This document shows positions 14,331-26,816 of a stretch of 64,000 bases of DNA, piece by piece (the first letter of the stretch is position 1; every line of letters starts with the position of its first letter). The notes beneath the pieces are model-generated. The model was given only the letters and a program-made list of their open reading frames with translations. It did no database searches and was not told the origin of the DNA. The stretch comes from Raja brachyura. Taxonomy: Eukaryota. Both the position numbers and the translations under genes were made by a program. The DNA lies in NCBI GenBank assembly GCA_963514005.1, contig OY740796.1, forward strand, positions 15,438,001-15,502,000, written 5' to 3'.

Positions 14331-15564
14331 TGGAACGCACAAAGTCCTTGTTATCCATTGACTTGTTGCTAACTATAGTACATTCCTCCAGAGCATTTTT
14401 TTTTTTGTAGCATCAGCAAATCCTGTTTGCAGTAAAATAGAATACTTTTGATGTGCTGTGTTGGCAGGTAATAAAATATCAATATTTGTGTGTTTCCAAT
14501 TTGAGAACGGAAATACCAGTGGGATTAAGAACAAGAATAGATTTGCAGCCTGAGCCTGTGTCCGGAGCGATTGTTCATTTCAACTTATTCTGTCAAATGA
14601 AGCCTATGAGTTGAAGCACATAAGCAAGTTGTTATATCCATGGAGTGGGTTGATTGCTGTATGTTATTGCATCTTCAGTGTCATTGCCAGAAATCTTATT
14701 GGTATCTACATTTTTTTTCCCCCATTACCTCCAGGAAGTTCATGCTCTATCCCTTTTGAGCAATGAGGACTTTGTATCCCTAAAATGATGAGGGGTCTAC
14801 ACAAGTTGAATAGTGGGAGGCTGTCCCTGTCGAAGGAGAGATCAAGGACTAAAGATCATGTGTATAAACTAATTTCGCGTGACATGAGGAAAACACTTAC
14901 AGAGAGTGTGTGGTTGACATTTGGAATGCAATGTCTAAAAATGTGGTGGAAGCAAGTTCCGTATGTCCTCCACAAGGGAGTTGAAAACATGTGCAATAAT
15001 GCAGAAAGGTCTGGAAAGCAGAACTAGAGAGTTGTTGTGGTAGAGAACCAGTCCAGGTACAATGGCTAACCAACCTCCTCCGCTGTTATAATCACTCTAT
15101 GATACCATGATTTTATTTGATGGAAGTTGTAAAATATGTTGGAAATCCAGTGTTCAGTGAACAATTCTGTCATCTATATTACTAAAAGTCTGACCTTGAC
15201 CACTTTCTGTTGTTCTGTATATTGATTTCCAGAAAAAACGCTGCCACTTACCGCTGTGATTTTTGGCCATCTTACTCAGTCCCACTCCGCTGCGCAGGAC
15301 AAGACGATTTTTCCCATCGATTTAAAATAAAAGAGTTATTAGTGTTTAAAAAATGTTGAGATTCTCTCTCCTGAAGTCCACGATCCTTCCGGAGGGACTA
15401 TAAAACCCGGAAGTGTTGAGTGCCTCAGTCAGTCTCTGCAAGATGGGGGAGGCAGAGGGTCACATCTCTCAATCTGAGCTGTGAATAACACTGAACACAT
15501 GACTACTAAACTGAGAGTGGTTTTACCGAACTGTCAGTGCCCTTAATGTGGTTTGAAAATATAG

Positions 15565-15829
15565 TTTGGAAATACTAAAGCTGTGTGGCCTTTGCTTTGG
15601 AAATGCTAAAGCTGTGTTGTCTTTGGTTTTGAAATGCTAAAGCTGTGTTGCCTTTGGTTTGCAAATGCTAAAGCTGTGTTGCCTTTGGTTTGCAAATGCT
15701 AAAGTTGCCTTGCCTAATTAAAGTTGCCTTGACTAATTAAAGTTGCCTTGCCTAATTAAAGTTGCCTTGCCTAATTAAAGTTGCCTTGCCTAATTAAAGT
15801 TGCCTTGATTAATTAAAGTTGCCTTGCCT
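15565..15829. repeat. Adjacent 31-bp and 19-bp minisatellites
   Basis: CTAAAGCTGTGTTGCCTTTGGTTTGCAAATG about 4 times, then TAATTAAAGTTGCCTTGCC about 6-7 times. Confidence 0.9.
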
Positions 15830-16159
15830 TCTAGATAATTAAAAGTCTAATCTTGACCACTTCCTGTATGCGCTTTATATTGATTTTAGAAAAAACACTA
15901 CCACGTACGGCTGTGATGTTTTGTCCATCTTACTCAGAGTCCCCCTTCGCTCATCAGGTGCCGAGGATTTTTCCCCATCAATGAAAAATAAAAGAGTTAT
16001 TAGTGTTTTAAAAATGTTGAGATTCTCTCCCCTGTCAATCATGCCATGCAGGCCACGCCCCTCTGGTGGGAGGGGGGAGGGACTATAAAACCCAGAAGTG
16101 TGGGCGTGGCTCAGTCTCTGCAAGAAGGAGGAGGGAGATGTCACAACTCGCTGTCTTTA

Positions 16160-16290
16160 GTGGCCTTGCACCCTGCTTGAAATGGTATGAAACTGCACTT
16201 GAATTTGGTGGCCTTGCACCCTGCTTGAAGTGGTAAGAAACTGCACTTGAATTTGGTGGCCTTGCACCCTGCTTGAAATGGAATTTCAAG
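16160..16290. repeat. 48-bp minisatellite (about 2.5 copies)
   Basis: GTGGCCTTGCACCCTGCTTGAAATGGTATGAAACTGCACTTGAATTTG repeated. Confidence 0.9.
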
Positions 16291-17113
16291 GCATAGCCGT
16301 GAGTCAACTGCCAGCCCACCAGCCGCGAGTGAGTGAGCTGCCAGCACAACAGGTTTGAGTGACTGAGCCGCCGGCCCAAAAATCCATTTGGCCCATGATG
16401 TCCATACTAGCCCTCTTTCAGCCCACAACACCCAATCAAGCGCTCCAGAAAGCCCCCACCCCCCGCCCCATTGGCCACCAATATTGGAATTGATGGAGGG
16501 GTGGAATATTGCGTTGGGGGACAAGCCCTCCCATGTGATCGTCCATCATTATATCCCTCGTGTGCATTGAATGATGATACTTTATTGTCACGTACCTAGG
16601 TACAGTAAAATTGTTTCTGCATAGAATGTGCACAAGAGTAGTCACAATGGTGAGGCCAAAGTTACAAAAAGTTCCCTTCATGGTGGGTATTCCTCTGTTT
16701 GCCAATCTGAATGAAGATCCATGCCCTTGATGTACATATGACAGACAGTTGTTAGAGCTGGAAGAAACAGGAATTCAGCAAAACATTTAGAAGCTCAGTG
16801 ATGCAGCTGCATGTGAATGATCGCTGCTTTCTAAGTAATGCCTATCAGATGGATTTTTATTTTCATGTATTATGAACTGTTGTAATATTATCGTCACTGT
16901 GTCCTATATTTCACTATTTTGTATAAACACATTGGAGTAATTGACAAGGATGTATCGCCAAAAGAAATATTAGACTTTATTTTAACAATAGTGCATCTAT
17001 CTTATTTTGAATGGAGTACCTTAGTGAAGTGACAATTATTCTTTAATAATTGTATTATTTTGTTGGTATAAATCTGGGAGCAGAGTTTTGACCTGACTGA
17101 GCATCTAAGGAGT

Positions 17114-17242
17114 CTTCTTCTTGCATATGGCCTAAAGTTGTAGGACAACTTGTTCTATTTGATCTTATTTGATTGTGCACGGCAAGTTGATTGGATTTGT
17201 CGAAACAGGGCGAACCACGTTAAGGTTACAATCTTCCACCCA
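17114..17242 (-). mobile_element. 129-bp SINE-like retroposon with (GAA)n tail and 11-bp TSD
   Basis: Perfect TSD ATCTAAGGAGT at 17103-17113 and 17243-17253; minus strand ends ...GCAAGAAGAAG. Confidence 0.85.
17189..17242 (-). ncRNA. HDV/CPEB3-like self-cleaving ribozyme fold (degenerate copy)
   Basis: Minus strand TGGGTGG-AA-GATTGTA-ACC-TTAACGT-GGT-TCGCCCT-GT-TTCG-A-CAAA-TCCAATC gives P1, P2, P3, L3, P3', P1', a minimal P4, J4/2 and P2' in the correct nested order. Confidence 0.72.
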
Positions 17243-19004
17243 ATCTAAGGAGTGAGATGACCATGACCAGAACAACAATGAAACTAAGAAGAATACCTTT
17301 TCCATTTTTTAAGATATCTTACCACACAGATGTCTGAGTGGTTTTAAAGAAGAAAGACAAAGTTCATTGAAGTGTTCAAGCCACATGAACAATGGTTTAT
17401 CATGCTAATGCCGTGCCAATCCAATTTGAAGAAGTGATATTCTGTAGAATTAATCACATGAGCACTTTTAAGATAGACTGGTGTTATTATGTCTGTTGGC
17501 CTGGTATGCATTCACACAGCACTTTCTTAGAATAGGCCCTTTAGCCCACAATATCTGTGTGGAACATGATGCCAAGTTAAACTAATCTCATTTGTCTGCA
17601 CATGATCCTTATCCCTCCTTTCCCTACATATTCATGTGCCGATCCAAAAGCTTCTTGAACACTGCTATCGTATCATATTCGTGAATTTTATTTGAACCTG
17701 AAAAAGGTTTGAGGCAGAAATCAAAGATGCACTTTAAACCCCTACCAATATTAAACGCACACACGCTTTACATCCATTTAATGCTTATTACCATGTAAGT
17801 GGTTGGCTGTCTTGTGAACTGAGGTTTTTGTGTCCTACTCTGAAGAAGCAATTTATTCTTTACAATATGATTTCTTGAACAGTGTATACTTCTACTTTGC
17901 TTCTGGGGGGTGGGAAACATTGCCAGGTGGGTTTTCCATCATTTTGCTCCAAGCAATTATGCAGAAATGTCTTTGTGCGGTCTACAAAAGGGACGTGACA
18001 ACCTGAGACGAAACTTGTAATTTTTGCAGCAAAGTAGTAATTGCAAGAGTCCCTCGTGCATGGCGTGATTACCTTTTCGTTTTCTCATAAAAAAAGCAGG
18101 ACAACAAGCATAATTGTTAGTTTTTATAAAGTGTAGAGGTGCGACACATCTTTTTAAGGTACTCTGGTCTTCATTGTTAGTGGATTCAATGTACAAATGT
18201 ACTGTAAACTCAATGGCTGAATATAGTGGTTGAAGAATCTAAAGTGCCAATGGAGATGGATAGTTCCATCATATTTGTAGCAACACAGTTAACAGGTATT
18301 GTTGATTCACCGCTGTTCACTTTCTAGTTCTGGTCTATTGAAGGCAATGCATTAGCATGGTGTCGTTATAACAACAAGTTAGATCCAATTTATGGCCACA
18401 TCTTTAATAGAATTGCTGCTGACATTCTGCTGTGTGCAAAACCCATTGGACTGATCCATAATTTACCCCAGAACTGCTCTGTGGCTACATTTGTTACAGA
18501 AAAAATCACCTTCCTTATCTTAACCTGCTACTTGTTAACAGAAATGTGTAGTACCGAAGCCACTATTCAAATAAGTTGGATGCAGAGGACTTGTTCTTGC
18601 ACCCTTTCATTTGAGTTGGGTGGTGACCCCCTCAGATGAAGTTGTGCTGAAGTCTGACTCTCCTGGATAATCCTGACAGACTTTAATTACAGACAAAGCT
18701 TTCAAATCAAATATCGTTAAAACTAAAAAATTGAACTAAAACATTAAAAACTCAAGACCTTAAATAATTAAAAGTACAAAGGTAAGAAATAAATTACTTA
18801 TTAAAAAAGTGACGGCTCCGTTTTGCCTGCTAATCTATGGGCCTAGAACAATCACATCCATTTGAAATGAAAGGATTCTGATGTTATGGCATATCTGAAT
18901 AAATTGTACCTGATTTGGAATTAGAGTGGACATAGGTTATGTCCCATTGTGGAATCAGTAGACATTGGTTCGGCTTGGACATCTGTCATTGGCAACGCAC
19001 AGGT

Positions 19005-19385
19005 GCGTGTGGCACAGTGGTGCAGCGCCAGAAGCACAGGTTTGCTCCTGACCTTGGGTACCGTTTGTGCGGTGTTTGCACTTTCTCCCCTTGACCGTGT
19101 GGGTTTCCTCTTGGTGCCCCGCCTTCCTCCTGCAACCCAAAGATGTGGAGGTCTGTAGGTTAATTAGCCTCTGTAAACTGCCCTGAATGCCTAGGGAGCC
19201 GATGAGAGAGTGGGGTAATATAGAACTAATTAAGGGGTACAATGACTGTAATACAACACAAGGGATGTACACTGATGTAACTTACAGTACCGCTAATAAA
19301 TAAAGATATAAAAAAAAACTAGTGGTCGGCTGGGAGTCAGTGGGCAGAAAGGCTTGTTTCCATGCTGATTCTCTGGCTAAATAAA
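19005..19385 (+). mobile_element. tRNA-derived V-SINE (HE1-like) with an internal poly(A)-tailed insert
   Basis: GGCACAGTGGTGCAGC head and V-core TTTGCACTTTCTCCCCTTGACCGTGTGGGTTTCCTC; CR1-like tail. Confidence 0.75.
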
Positions 19386-19936
19386 AATGAAAGTTAAAGT
19401 TTTCAATTTGCTACCCTTGATTCTAGCCAGCAAGATTAATCTCAATATTTCACTGGCCTGATTTAGCAGTCAGCAATGACACGATGGAGCTAGTCATTGA
19501 ACTAAAAAAAAAGTCCACATAGAACTGGCTACTGGCATCAACTTCCCCTTTTCCAAAAAACATTTACTGGAGTAATTCAGCAGGACAGGCAGCATCTCTG
19601 AAGAGAAGGAATGGTTGACCCTACTGTTTCTAGAGAGAGAGAGAGAGAGAGCACATTGTGTCCACTAGTGTTCTCAAATACATCAAAGGGACTGAAGCAT
19701 GTCATTCATCTCTGAGACAACATTTTAAGTTATATTTTTCTTCTCCATTTTCCAATCATTTCTGGATTTAAAATAAATTCAATGTTCCCTTAAGTATATG
19801 CACAGATGAATTCATTAATTGAGATATTGGGACATGTGCTGCTATGCCGAGAAGGTATTTTGAATTAGCATCTCATCTTTCTTAATGACAAATATGAGAT
19901 GGGAACTCTTTGATTATCTGAGGGAAGGATTGCTCC

Positions 19937-20056
19937 AGTCTCGACCCAAAACATCACCCATTCCTTCTCTCAAGAGATGCTGCCTGACCCGCTGAGTTAC
20001 TCCAGCATTTTGTGTCTACCTTTGGTTTAAACCGGCATCTGCAGTTCCTTCCTACA
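19937..20056 (+). mobile_element. Penelope-derived short element (hammerhead family), 5' clipped; a partial inverted mate lies at about 19565-19620
   Basis: TCTCGACCCAAAACATCACC...GATGCTGCCTGACCCGCTGAGTTACTCCAGC...GCATCTGCAGTTCCTT family body. Confidence 0.75.
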
Positions 20057-20374
20057 GAGTTAATGTCTGATGTCAGTCAGAGGATCCCTGCAGTCCAGCA
20101 ATTGTGATGTCATCAGGCTTGGTGCACAGCTTGAAGAATTGTTTTTTTCTGCATTGAAGAATTCTCGCAGCAAACAAAGACATTAATGTATAATTTACAG
20201 ATTGTATTTCAAATGTTTGATGGAGTATGAAATAAAGATGAGAAAATACAAAAGATGGCTGAGATAACCATTTTTGGGTTAATTTGTTATAATTGGTAGA
20301 ATAACATTTATAAAATAGTTTTAAATAGTATACTTTTAATAGTATGAAATAGTATTTTACTGATAGTTTGCTAA

Positions 20375-20720
20375 TAGAGTCATAGGGTGACACAGCATGG
20401 AAACAGGCCCTTCGTCCCAACTCGCCCAATGGCCAACATGTCCCTGCTACACTATTCCCACTAACCATGTCCTAGCCATGTACCTGTCTAACGTTTTCTT
20501 AAATGTTGGGATAGTCCCTGCCTCAACTGCCTCCTCTGGCAACTTGTTCCATACCCCTGCCACTCGGTGTGGGAAAGGTACCCCTCAGATTCCTATTAAA
20601 TCTTTCCCCTTTCACCTTAAACCCATGTCGTCTTCTCCTCGATTTGCCTACTCTGGGCAAGAGACTCTGTGCATCTACCTGAACTATTCCTCTCATGATT
20701 TTATACACCTCTATAAGATA
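20375..20720 (-). mobile_element. CR1 LINE 3' end
   Basis: YKIMRGIVQVDAQSLLPRVGKSRRRRHGFKVKGERFNRNLRG on the minus strand. Confidence 0.85.
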
Positions 20721-22034
20721 ATGAAATAATTATGTGGGAGTTTATCATTGCAAAATCGGTTATACTTCATGCAGCAAGGCAGAATATTTTCATGTGTTCT
20801 TCACAATAGGAACAGCTGTACAAACCAGAATTTTTTGTGAAATTATGCTGGAAACCTTCAACTGGTCAGACAGCATTTGTGGAAAGAATCAATCAATGTT
20901 TCAGGTCTGGGGACCCTTCATTGGACCAGGAGTTGAAAGGTCTTTGGGCCTGACATGTCAATTTTTTTCTCGCTTCCCACTGATTATCTGTCCTACTGTG
21001 CTTCCAGCATATTTGTTTTTTATTTCAAGTTTCCAACATGCACAGTTTTTTGATTTTATGATTTTGTTTTTCATCAGTTCACTGTTTTTATTTTTCACTG
21101 CAGTGGCGATGGATAAAATATAGTGCAGCTTATGAAAGAACACTTAATCACTGCCATCAGCTTCATGGATTTCCCATAAATTATGCAAGCGTGGAAATCC
21201 TGAAATTGCTTCCTGTTTCATTGTGGTATGCAAATGCTGATGGTTTCACCATCATTATTAATTCAAATTCCATTTCAAGGTTTTATAGTAAGTTGTCTCT
21301 CTGTAGCTGTGAATAAGGATACTTTTGTGCTCCCTGTTACTATGCTGCCTGGTGTGCAGAGATACAGCCTTGAATCAAAAATCGATATTTGGTTATGTTT
21401 CAAGGCATATCTTAGGTTACATTTTATTGCTTTTCTTTGTGGAAGCATATCAAGATAAAAACATGCAAGCATCTATCTTAAACAAAGTAAAATACCAAAA
21501 CATTTTAGGGTCGATTTTCTTGTCCAGCATTTTTTTTTCTATCATAGCAGATTATTTTTTTTACCTTATCTTGCTATGATACCTACTGAGACTGGATGTT
21601 ACTCCGGATTCGGTTAATTTAAATGGCATACATGAGTATCAGCTGGGTCTCCCTTTTTGGACCCACTGCATGTTCCATTTGAGGTACCTCCTGTAGCTTG
21701 TTGGGGCCAATTAGCATTTTGCTTTGCCATCAAATGCTGTGTAGTTGTGATTATTTCCACTCACAAAATGCAGCTCTGCCATTCTCTTATTTAAATTAAG
21801 ACCACCGAGGCTTAAAATAAGTTGTTGGTTATCTCTTTACAAATCCTTAGAGTAAAGAAACAAATTGAATAATTCCTTAATATCAGGATTAAATTCTTTC
21901 AAGGTGCATGGTTGGCTAATGCTATTTTTGTAAACTAAAATATTCCTCAATTACTTCCTCCAGAATACTTAGGCTTGAGTACATACAATCTCAAGCTTTA
22001 TAAAGACATTTGGACAGGTACATGGTTACATTAA

Positions 22035-22298
22035 TTGAATGGAAGATACAGCATGGAAACAGGCTCTTCCGCTCATGGAGTCTTTACTGACATTTGATTA
22101 TCCTAGTTCTATGTTATCCCACATTCGCATCCACTCCCTACCCTAGGGGCAATTCACAGAAGCTTACTAATTACGAAAGGAAATCCGCACAGTCATGAAG
22201 AACGTGCAAACTTCATGCAGCCATCACCAGAAGTCAGGATCAAACCCACTTATCTGGCGATGTGAGGCAGCAGCTTTATCAATTGTGCCACTGTGCCG
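22035..22298 (-). mobile_element. V-SINE (HE1-like)
   Basis: Minus strand begins GGCACAGTGGCACAATTG, with tRNA-like head and partial V-core. Confidence 0.7.
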
Positions 22299-22516
22299 AT
22301 AGGAAAGGGTGAGAGGAATAAAGGCCGAACACAGGACTAACTTAGTTTATTTTGATGTGAAAGTTATGAAATTGTATTATTTTTGCAGAAAGGAGACAAC
22401 TGTTCACCCCAACGTGTCTATGCCACGTGTAATAGAGGTACCCAACCTAATCCTACCTTCCATTACTTTGTTTCAATCAAGAAAGTCAAGAAAAAGTCAA
22501 GTGTGTTTAATTGTCA

Positions 22517-23010
22517 CTAGACTAAGTGGGACCCATTGGGTCCCATGTTCACAATGGAGGACTGATCCCCCGATGCAATAATCCACCTCTCCACCAATTC
22601 CAATATTGCTGGGTGGGGGCTTTCTGGAGCACTAGTATGGGTGTTGTGGGCCGAATGGATTCTTGGACTCACCGTTCAGTCACTCATGGCTGGTGGGCTG
22701 ACAGCTTAGTCACTCAGACCTGGTAGGCTGGCAGCTCAGTCACTCAGGACTGGTGAGCTGGCAGATGAGTCACTCAGGGCTGGTGGGCTGCTAGTTCACT
22801 CATGGCTATTCCGTGAAATTCTATTTCAAGCAGACTGCCGGCCACCAAATTCAATTTCATAGCATTTCAAGCAGAGTGCAGGCCACCAAATTGCCAAACA
22901 ACTCATTGCATTGTCATTAAGGGCTAACAAATCATTTATTGCAAGTACATTGCAGACTCACAGTTCAGTTGATTCACAGCTTAGAATCACAGTTGTCGAC
23001 TCTCCCTTGC
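22517..23010 (-). mobile_element. Helitron 3' portion with canonical terminus
   Basis: Minus strand ends ...TGGGACCCAATGGGTCCCA-CTTAGT-CTAG|T, i.e. subterminal hairpin + CTAG followed by T; internal repeats of about 27 bp. Confidence 0.85.
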
Positions 23011-23125
23011 GAGTCCACAAAGTTGGAGGGGATGATGGTGTTGAATGCCGAGCTGTAGTCGATGAAAAAACAGTCTGATGTACATGTTCTTATTGTCTAA
23101 GCAGTTCATTGCAGAGTGGAGAGCC
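23010..23125 (-). mobile_element. Rex1-type RT fragment
   Basis: ALHSAMNCLDNKNMYIRLF..IDYSSAFNTIIPS on the minus strand. Confidence 0.75.
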
Positions 23126-24734
23126 TTCTGTAGCTTTCTAGGTACACCTCCAGGCATTTTTTAAGTGCAGGGAAGATAACAGGCAGCAAGTTACATATCC
23201 TCATCTGCTTTGTGAAAAAATGTTTATCTCGTCTCGAAGCTTCCTACAATCCAACCGAGCCCCTGATAATTGTGTACATATCAATTATGTCTCGTGTTAA
23301 CCTTCCCTATTCCAAACGAAACAACTCCAGTCTATCCAATTGTCAACACACTCAAAATGTATGACCTTTTTAGCAATGTAGATGTGACAGAGGTCTTTTT
23401 CAGCAGAAAGAAATGAATCCAAACTATAGTATAAAATTAGAACAATGGTTTTGTGGTTGATGATGGTTTTATTAAATATCAAAATATCACGCGAGTCATA
23501 ACATTCTTCAGACATAGTACTCAGCGCATTATGGATTCCGATGGAGGAGGGAAGGAAACGTCCCAGAGTAAGTTAAGAGATTTGGATGTCATATTTTAAG
23601 CTCAAGATAGTAAACTAAAATGGCCTTAAAACCACAAGGTCTTAAAGATGATGCTTTAACAATTAATATTGAGTTTTACATTGGTGTAAGTTTAAACCTT
23701 AATTCTAAACCTTTTCCAATCGGTCTCTGATCTGAATGGACAAACTCTAGACTCATGAAAAAGACAGGCAGGAAACCAGTACATAATCTAATGGCCCTGT
23801 TGTATATCAACATTGTTCAATTCTGTGAGGAAATCTCTTTGCCATGATGCAGAAAAAAAACGAGGCAATTCACAAGGGGTGAAAAAAGCTGAAAGGAATG
23901 AAATACGTTCCTGTAGTCCACAGAGGCAGGACACCCCCATTACATCGTAAACCTGTCATCCCAATTTGAACAGGTACAGTGAAACATAATTCTTTAAACA
24001 ATCAATCATTTTGTCTCAAACGTCAGGAGCTCGATGTGATAGGAACGCTCATAATATCTAACCTTGTTGCATGTTTGAATATCTCTTGGGTTTCAATAAC
24101 CTAGCGAAGTCGAATAGCTAAACTAATTTTAATTATTTTATTACCTGGACAACTCATATCCACCATGCATGCGATCCTGCGTTTAATGAGAGATTATACA
24201 TTCAGCTTGCCATGTGAGAGCAATTAGAGGGCTAAATCCATATGCTACAATTGTGATACACTGAATGAAATTTGTACTTACACGGTCTCCTAGTTCTTCA
24301 GGATTAGTTTTGAAGTGCTATGGTGACTGTAAAACAGGCAGATTCTATTATATTTATTCACAGTAGGAGTGTAGCAGCAGAAAGTAACAGAACGTAAGTG
24401 ATCTGTTTCTTTGTTAACTTTGGTCATGTAATGTTGGATCAATACATTAGGCTGTCTTCCAAAGCTGGAAGTGCTTGCATTCAAATCACTCTAGAGATTT
24501 ATCAGCTAAAAGACAACAATTCAACACGAAAAGAAGAGGGAGGTTTAGTTGAAACAAATGCAAGAGATGCTCAGCAATATCATCGAGATGGAAGTTGTGG
24601 TTTGTTCTGCTTCATGCCAAACAAAATTGTATAGTGTCCAATTGAGATAAACTATTTGACCCAGTTGGTCTAAGATTGGCCATGCTTCACATGAATTTAA
24701 TCTCACCTCTCCTACACTAGTCCTAAAGTCATTT

Positions 24735-26200
24735 TATAGAATCATTACAGCACAGAACTGGGCCGTTCGGTTCAACTCGTCTATACCACTCAAGATGCCC
24801 ATCTAAGCTGGTTCTGTTTGCTTGTGTTTCAACAATATCCCTCTAAACCTTTCCTATCCATCTACACGTTCAAATGCCTTGTAAATGTTATTGTACCTGC
24901 CGCAACCATTTCCTCCACCAGCTTGTTTTATTTGTACCACTGTTTGTGTGAAAATGCCCCTGGATTCCTTTTAAATCTTCTCCCTCACACCTTTTGCCCC
25001 ATAGTTCTTGATTCCCAAATCCTAGGGAAAAATTGCGTGCATTCACCCTATTTTGTCCCTAATGAGTTTATATACCTTTATAAGATCACCATTTAGTCTC
25101 CTCCGTTCCAAGGAATATGGTCCTTGCATGCCCATCCTCTCCGTATAACTCAGTCCCTAGAGACGTGGCAACACCCTTGTTAATATTGTTTTGCCATTTT
25201 TCGGGAAGCTGGGTGACCAAAGCTGAACATAACATCCCAGGGTACTCGATGCCCTGATTAATAAATACCAGCATGCCCTAAGCTGCCTTCACCACTCTGT
25301 CTCCTTTCAGGGAACTATGTACTTGTATTCCTAGGTCCCTCTGATCTACAATTCTCCTTAGGACCTCCCGGTTCACTCTGAAACTCCTACCCTGTATTGA
25401 GTTCACAAAATGGCACACCCACATTTAACCCATTTATATGCCATTTGCCAATCCTCAGCCCATTTATCCAGCTGATCACAATTCCAATGCAGTTCTTCAT
25501 AATCATCTGCGCTGTCTACGAGACCATACAAGTGTCGTATGCAAATTTACTAACCAAGTCATACACATTGTCACCCAAATTATTGATATAGTTGTCCAAT
25601 AATGACCCCGGAGGGACCTCATTATTCACAGGCTTCCAATCTGTTCCTGGATTCCATGCGATCGAACCTTCCAGAGCAGCTTACTTTATCAAAGAGGGTA
25701 CACAAAGAGTGCTGGAGAAACTCAGCGGGTGCAGCAGCATCTATGGAGCGAAGGAGATAGGCAACGTTTCGGGCCGAACCCTTGAAGAAGGTTCGGCCCG
25801 AAACGTTGCCTATCTCCTTCGCTCCATTGATGCTGCTGCACCCGCTGAGTTTCTCCAGCATTTTGTGTACCCTCGATTTTCCAGCATCTGCAGTTCCTTC
25901 TTTAACACTTATTACTTTATCAAAGACATTGCTGAAGTCCATATAGACAATGGTTATGGTCCTCCCCTCATCAACCTGCTCAGATACTTCCTCAAGAAAT
26001 GCAATCAAATTCGTGAGGCATAATCTCCCCTGCACAAGGGCTGACTATATCTTTTTCAACCCCAGTCTTTCCAAATATATGTATATCCTCTCCCCCATAT
26101 AGTCTTCTCCATTAACTTACCTGCCACAGATATTATGCTGACTGGTCTTTAGATCCCATGTTTTTCTTTGCGCCCTTCTTAGACACAGCATTCGCCACCC
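24735..26200 (-). mobile_element. CR1 LINE RT/3' fragment, interrupted by a Penelope-derived hairpin
   Basis: QGRLCLTNLIAFLEEVSEQVDEGRTITIVYMDFSNVFDKV on the minus strand. Confidence 0.85.
25696..25911. mobile_element. Penelope-derived inverted-repeat insertion (hammerhead family) with 15-bp TSD
   Basis: Inverted arms of about 88 bp meet near 25785; TTACTTTATCAAAGA at 25681-25695 and 25912-25926. Confidence 0.88.
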
Positions 26201-26816
26201 TCCTTTGATTACCTTTTTAATTTCTTCCATATAATTCTCACTTGCCTCTGATGTTTGAGGTCCTAATTCACAAATGCTAGGCTACTTTTGCAATGCAGTG
26301 CTGATGGAGATGCCATCATTTAAATGAAGTGCGAAATTGAAGCTCTTGGATATGCGTATTTGAAAAAGAGCAGGTCTATTTCCCTGATGTTTAACCTTCA
26401 GCAACATCATGGCAACAGAACTAATCCGTAGCTGATGGATAGTTGCAGAAATTGAGTAGAACATTTCTACATGATAGTGGATGTCTACAGTTGTATGTGT
26501 AGTGCCATGAAATTGTAAAATTATGTTTAATTACAAGTCTTTGTGATATCGTCAATGATTAAGGTAGATTTTGGTGTCCTGTGATACCACATTTCCATTG
26601 GTAAAGAATTTTAAAATATTGGGAGTATGTTCCATATGATATTAGGGTTAGCCAAATGCCACTTGAAGACTACCAAGCATTTTGGGTAATTTATAAAAGA
26701 TCCTAAATATACAAGTCCTTACAACAAGTTTTAAATAACAGGTATATGTAAACAAGAAAATGATCCCAATTGTTTATTCCTGATCTAATTGAATTATTTT
26801 GTTTATCCATTTTCAG

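Larger units (their letters stand above)
15173..16540 (+). mobile_element. Non-autonomous Helitron, 3'-truncated, with duplicated 5' module and internal minisatellites
   Basis: Starts A|TCTATATTACTAAAAG. The 5' module repeats from 15830. The 16300-16540 segment is homologous to the 22517-23010 element, which has a canonical Helitron 3' end. Confidence 0.7.

Noticed and set aside
15565-16290. CRISPR-like or coding repeat array (HFKQGARPPNSSAVSY repeats)
   Set aside because: Head-to-tail minisatellites without unique spacers, in a vertebrate intron; the peptide repeat is just the 48-bp unit translated.
25592-26035. 143-aa and 137-aa ORFs on opposite strands sharing a peptide
   Set aside because: Artefact of the inverted Penelope insertion inside a CR1 remnant.
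26789-26816. N-terminal extension MNYFVYPFS of the 223-aa ORF (and the hydrophobic leader of ORF 63278-63574)
   Set aside because: Intronic polypyrimidine or AT-rich sequence upstream of clear AG acceptors.
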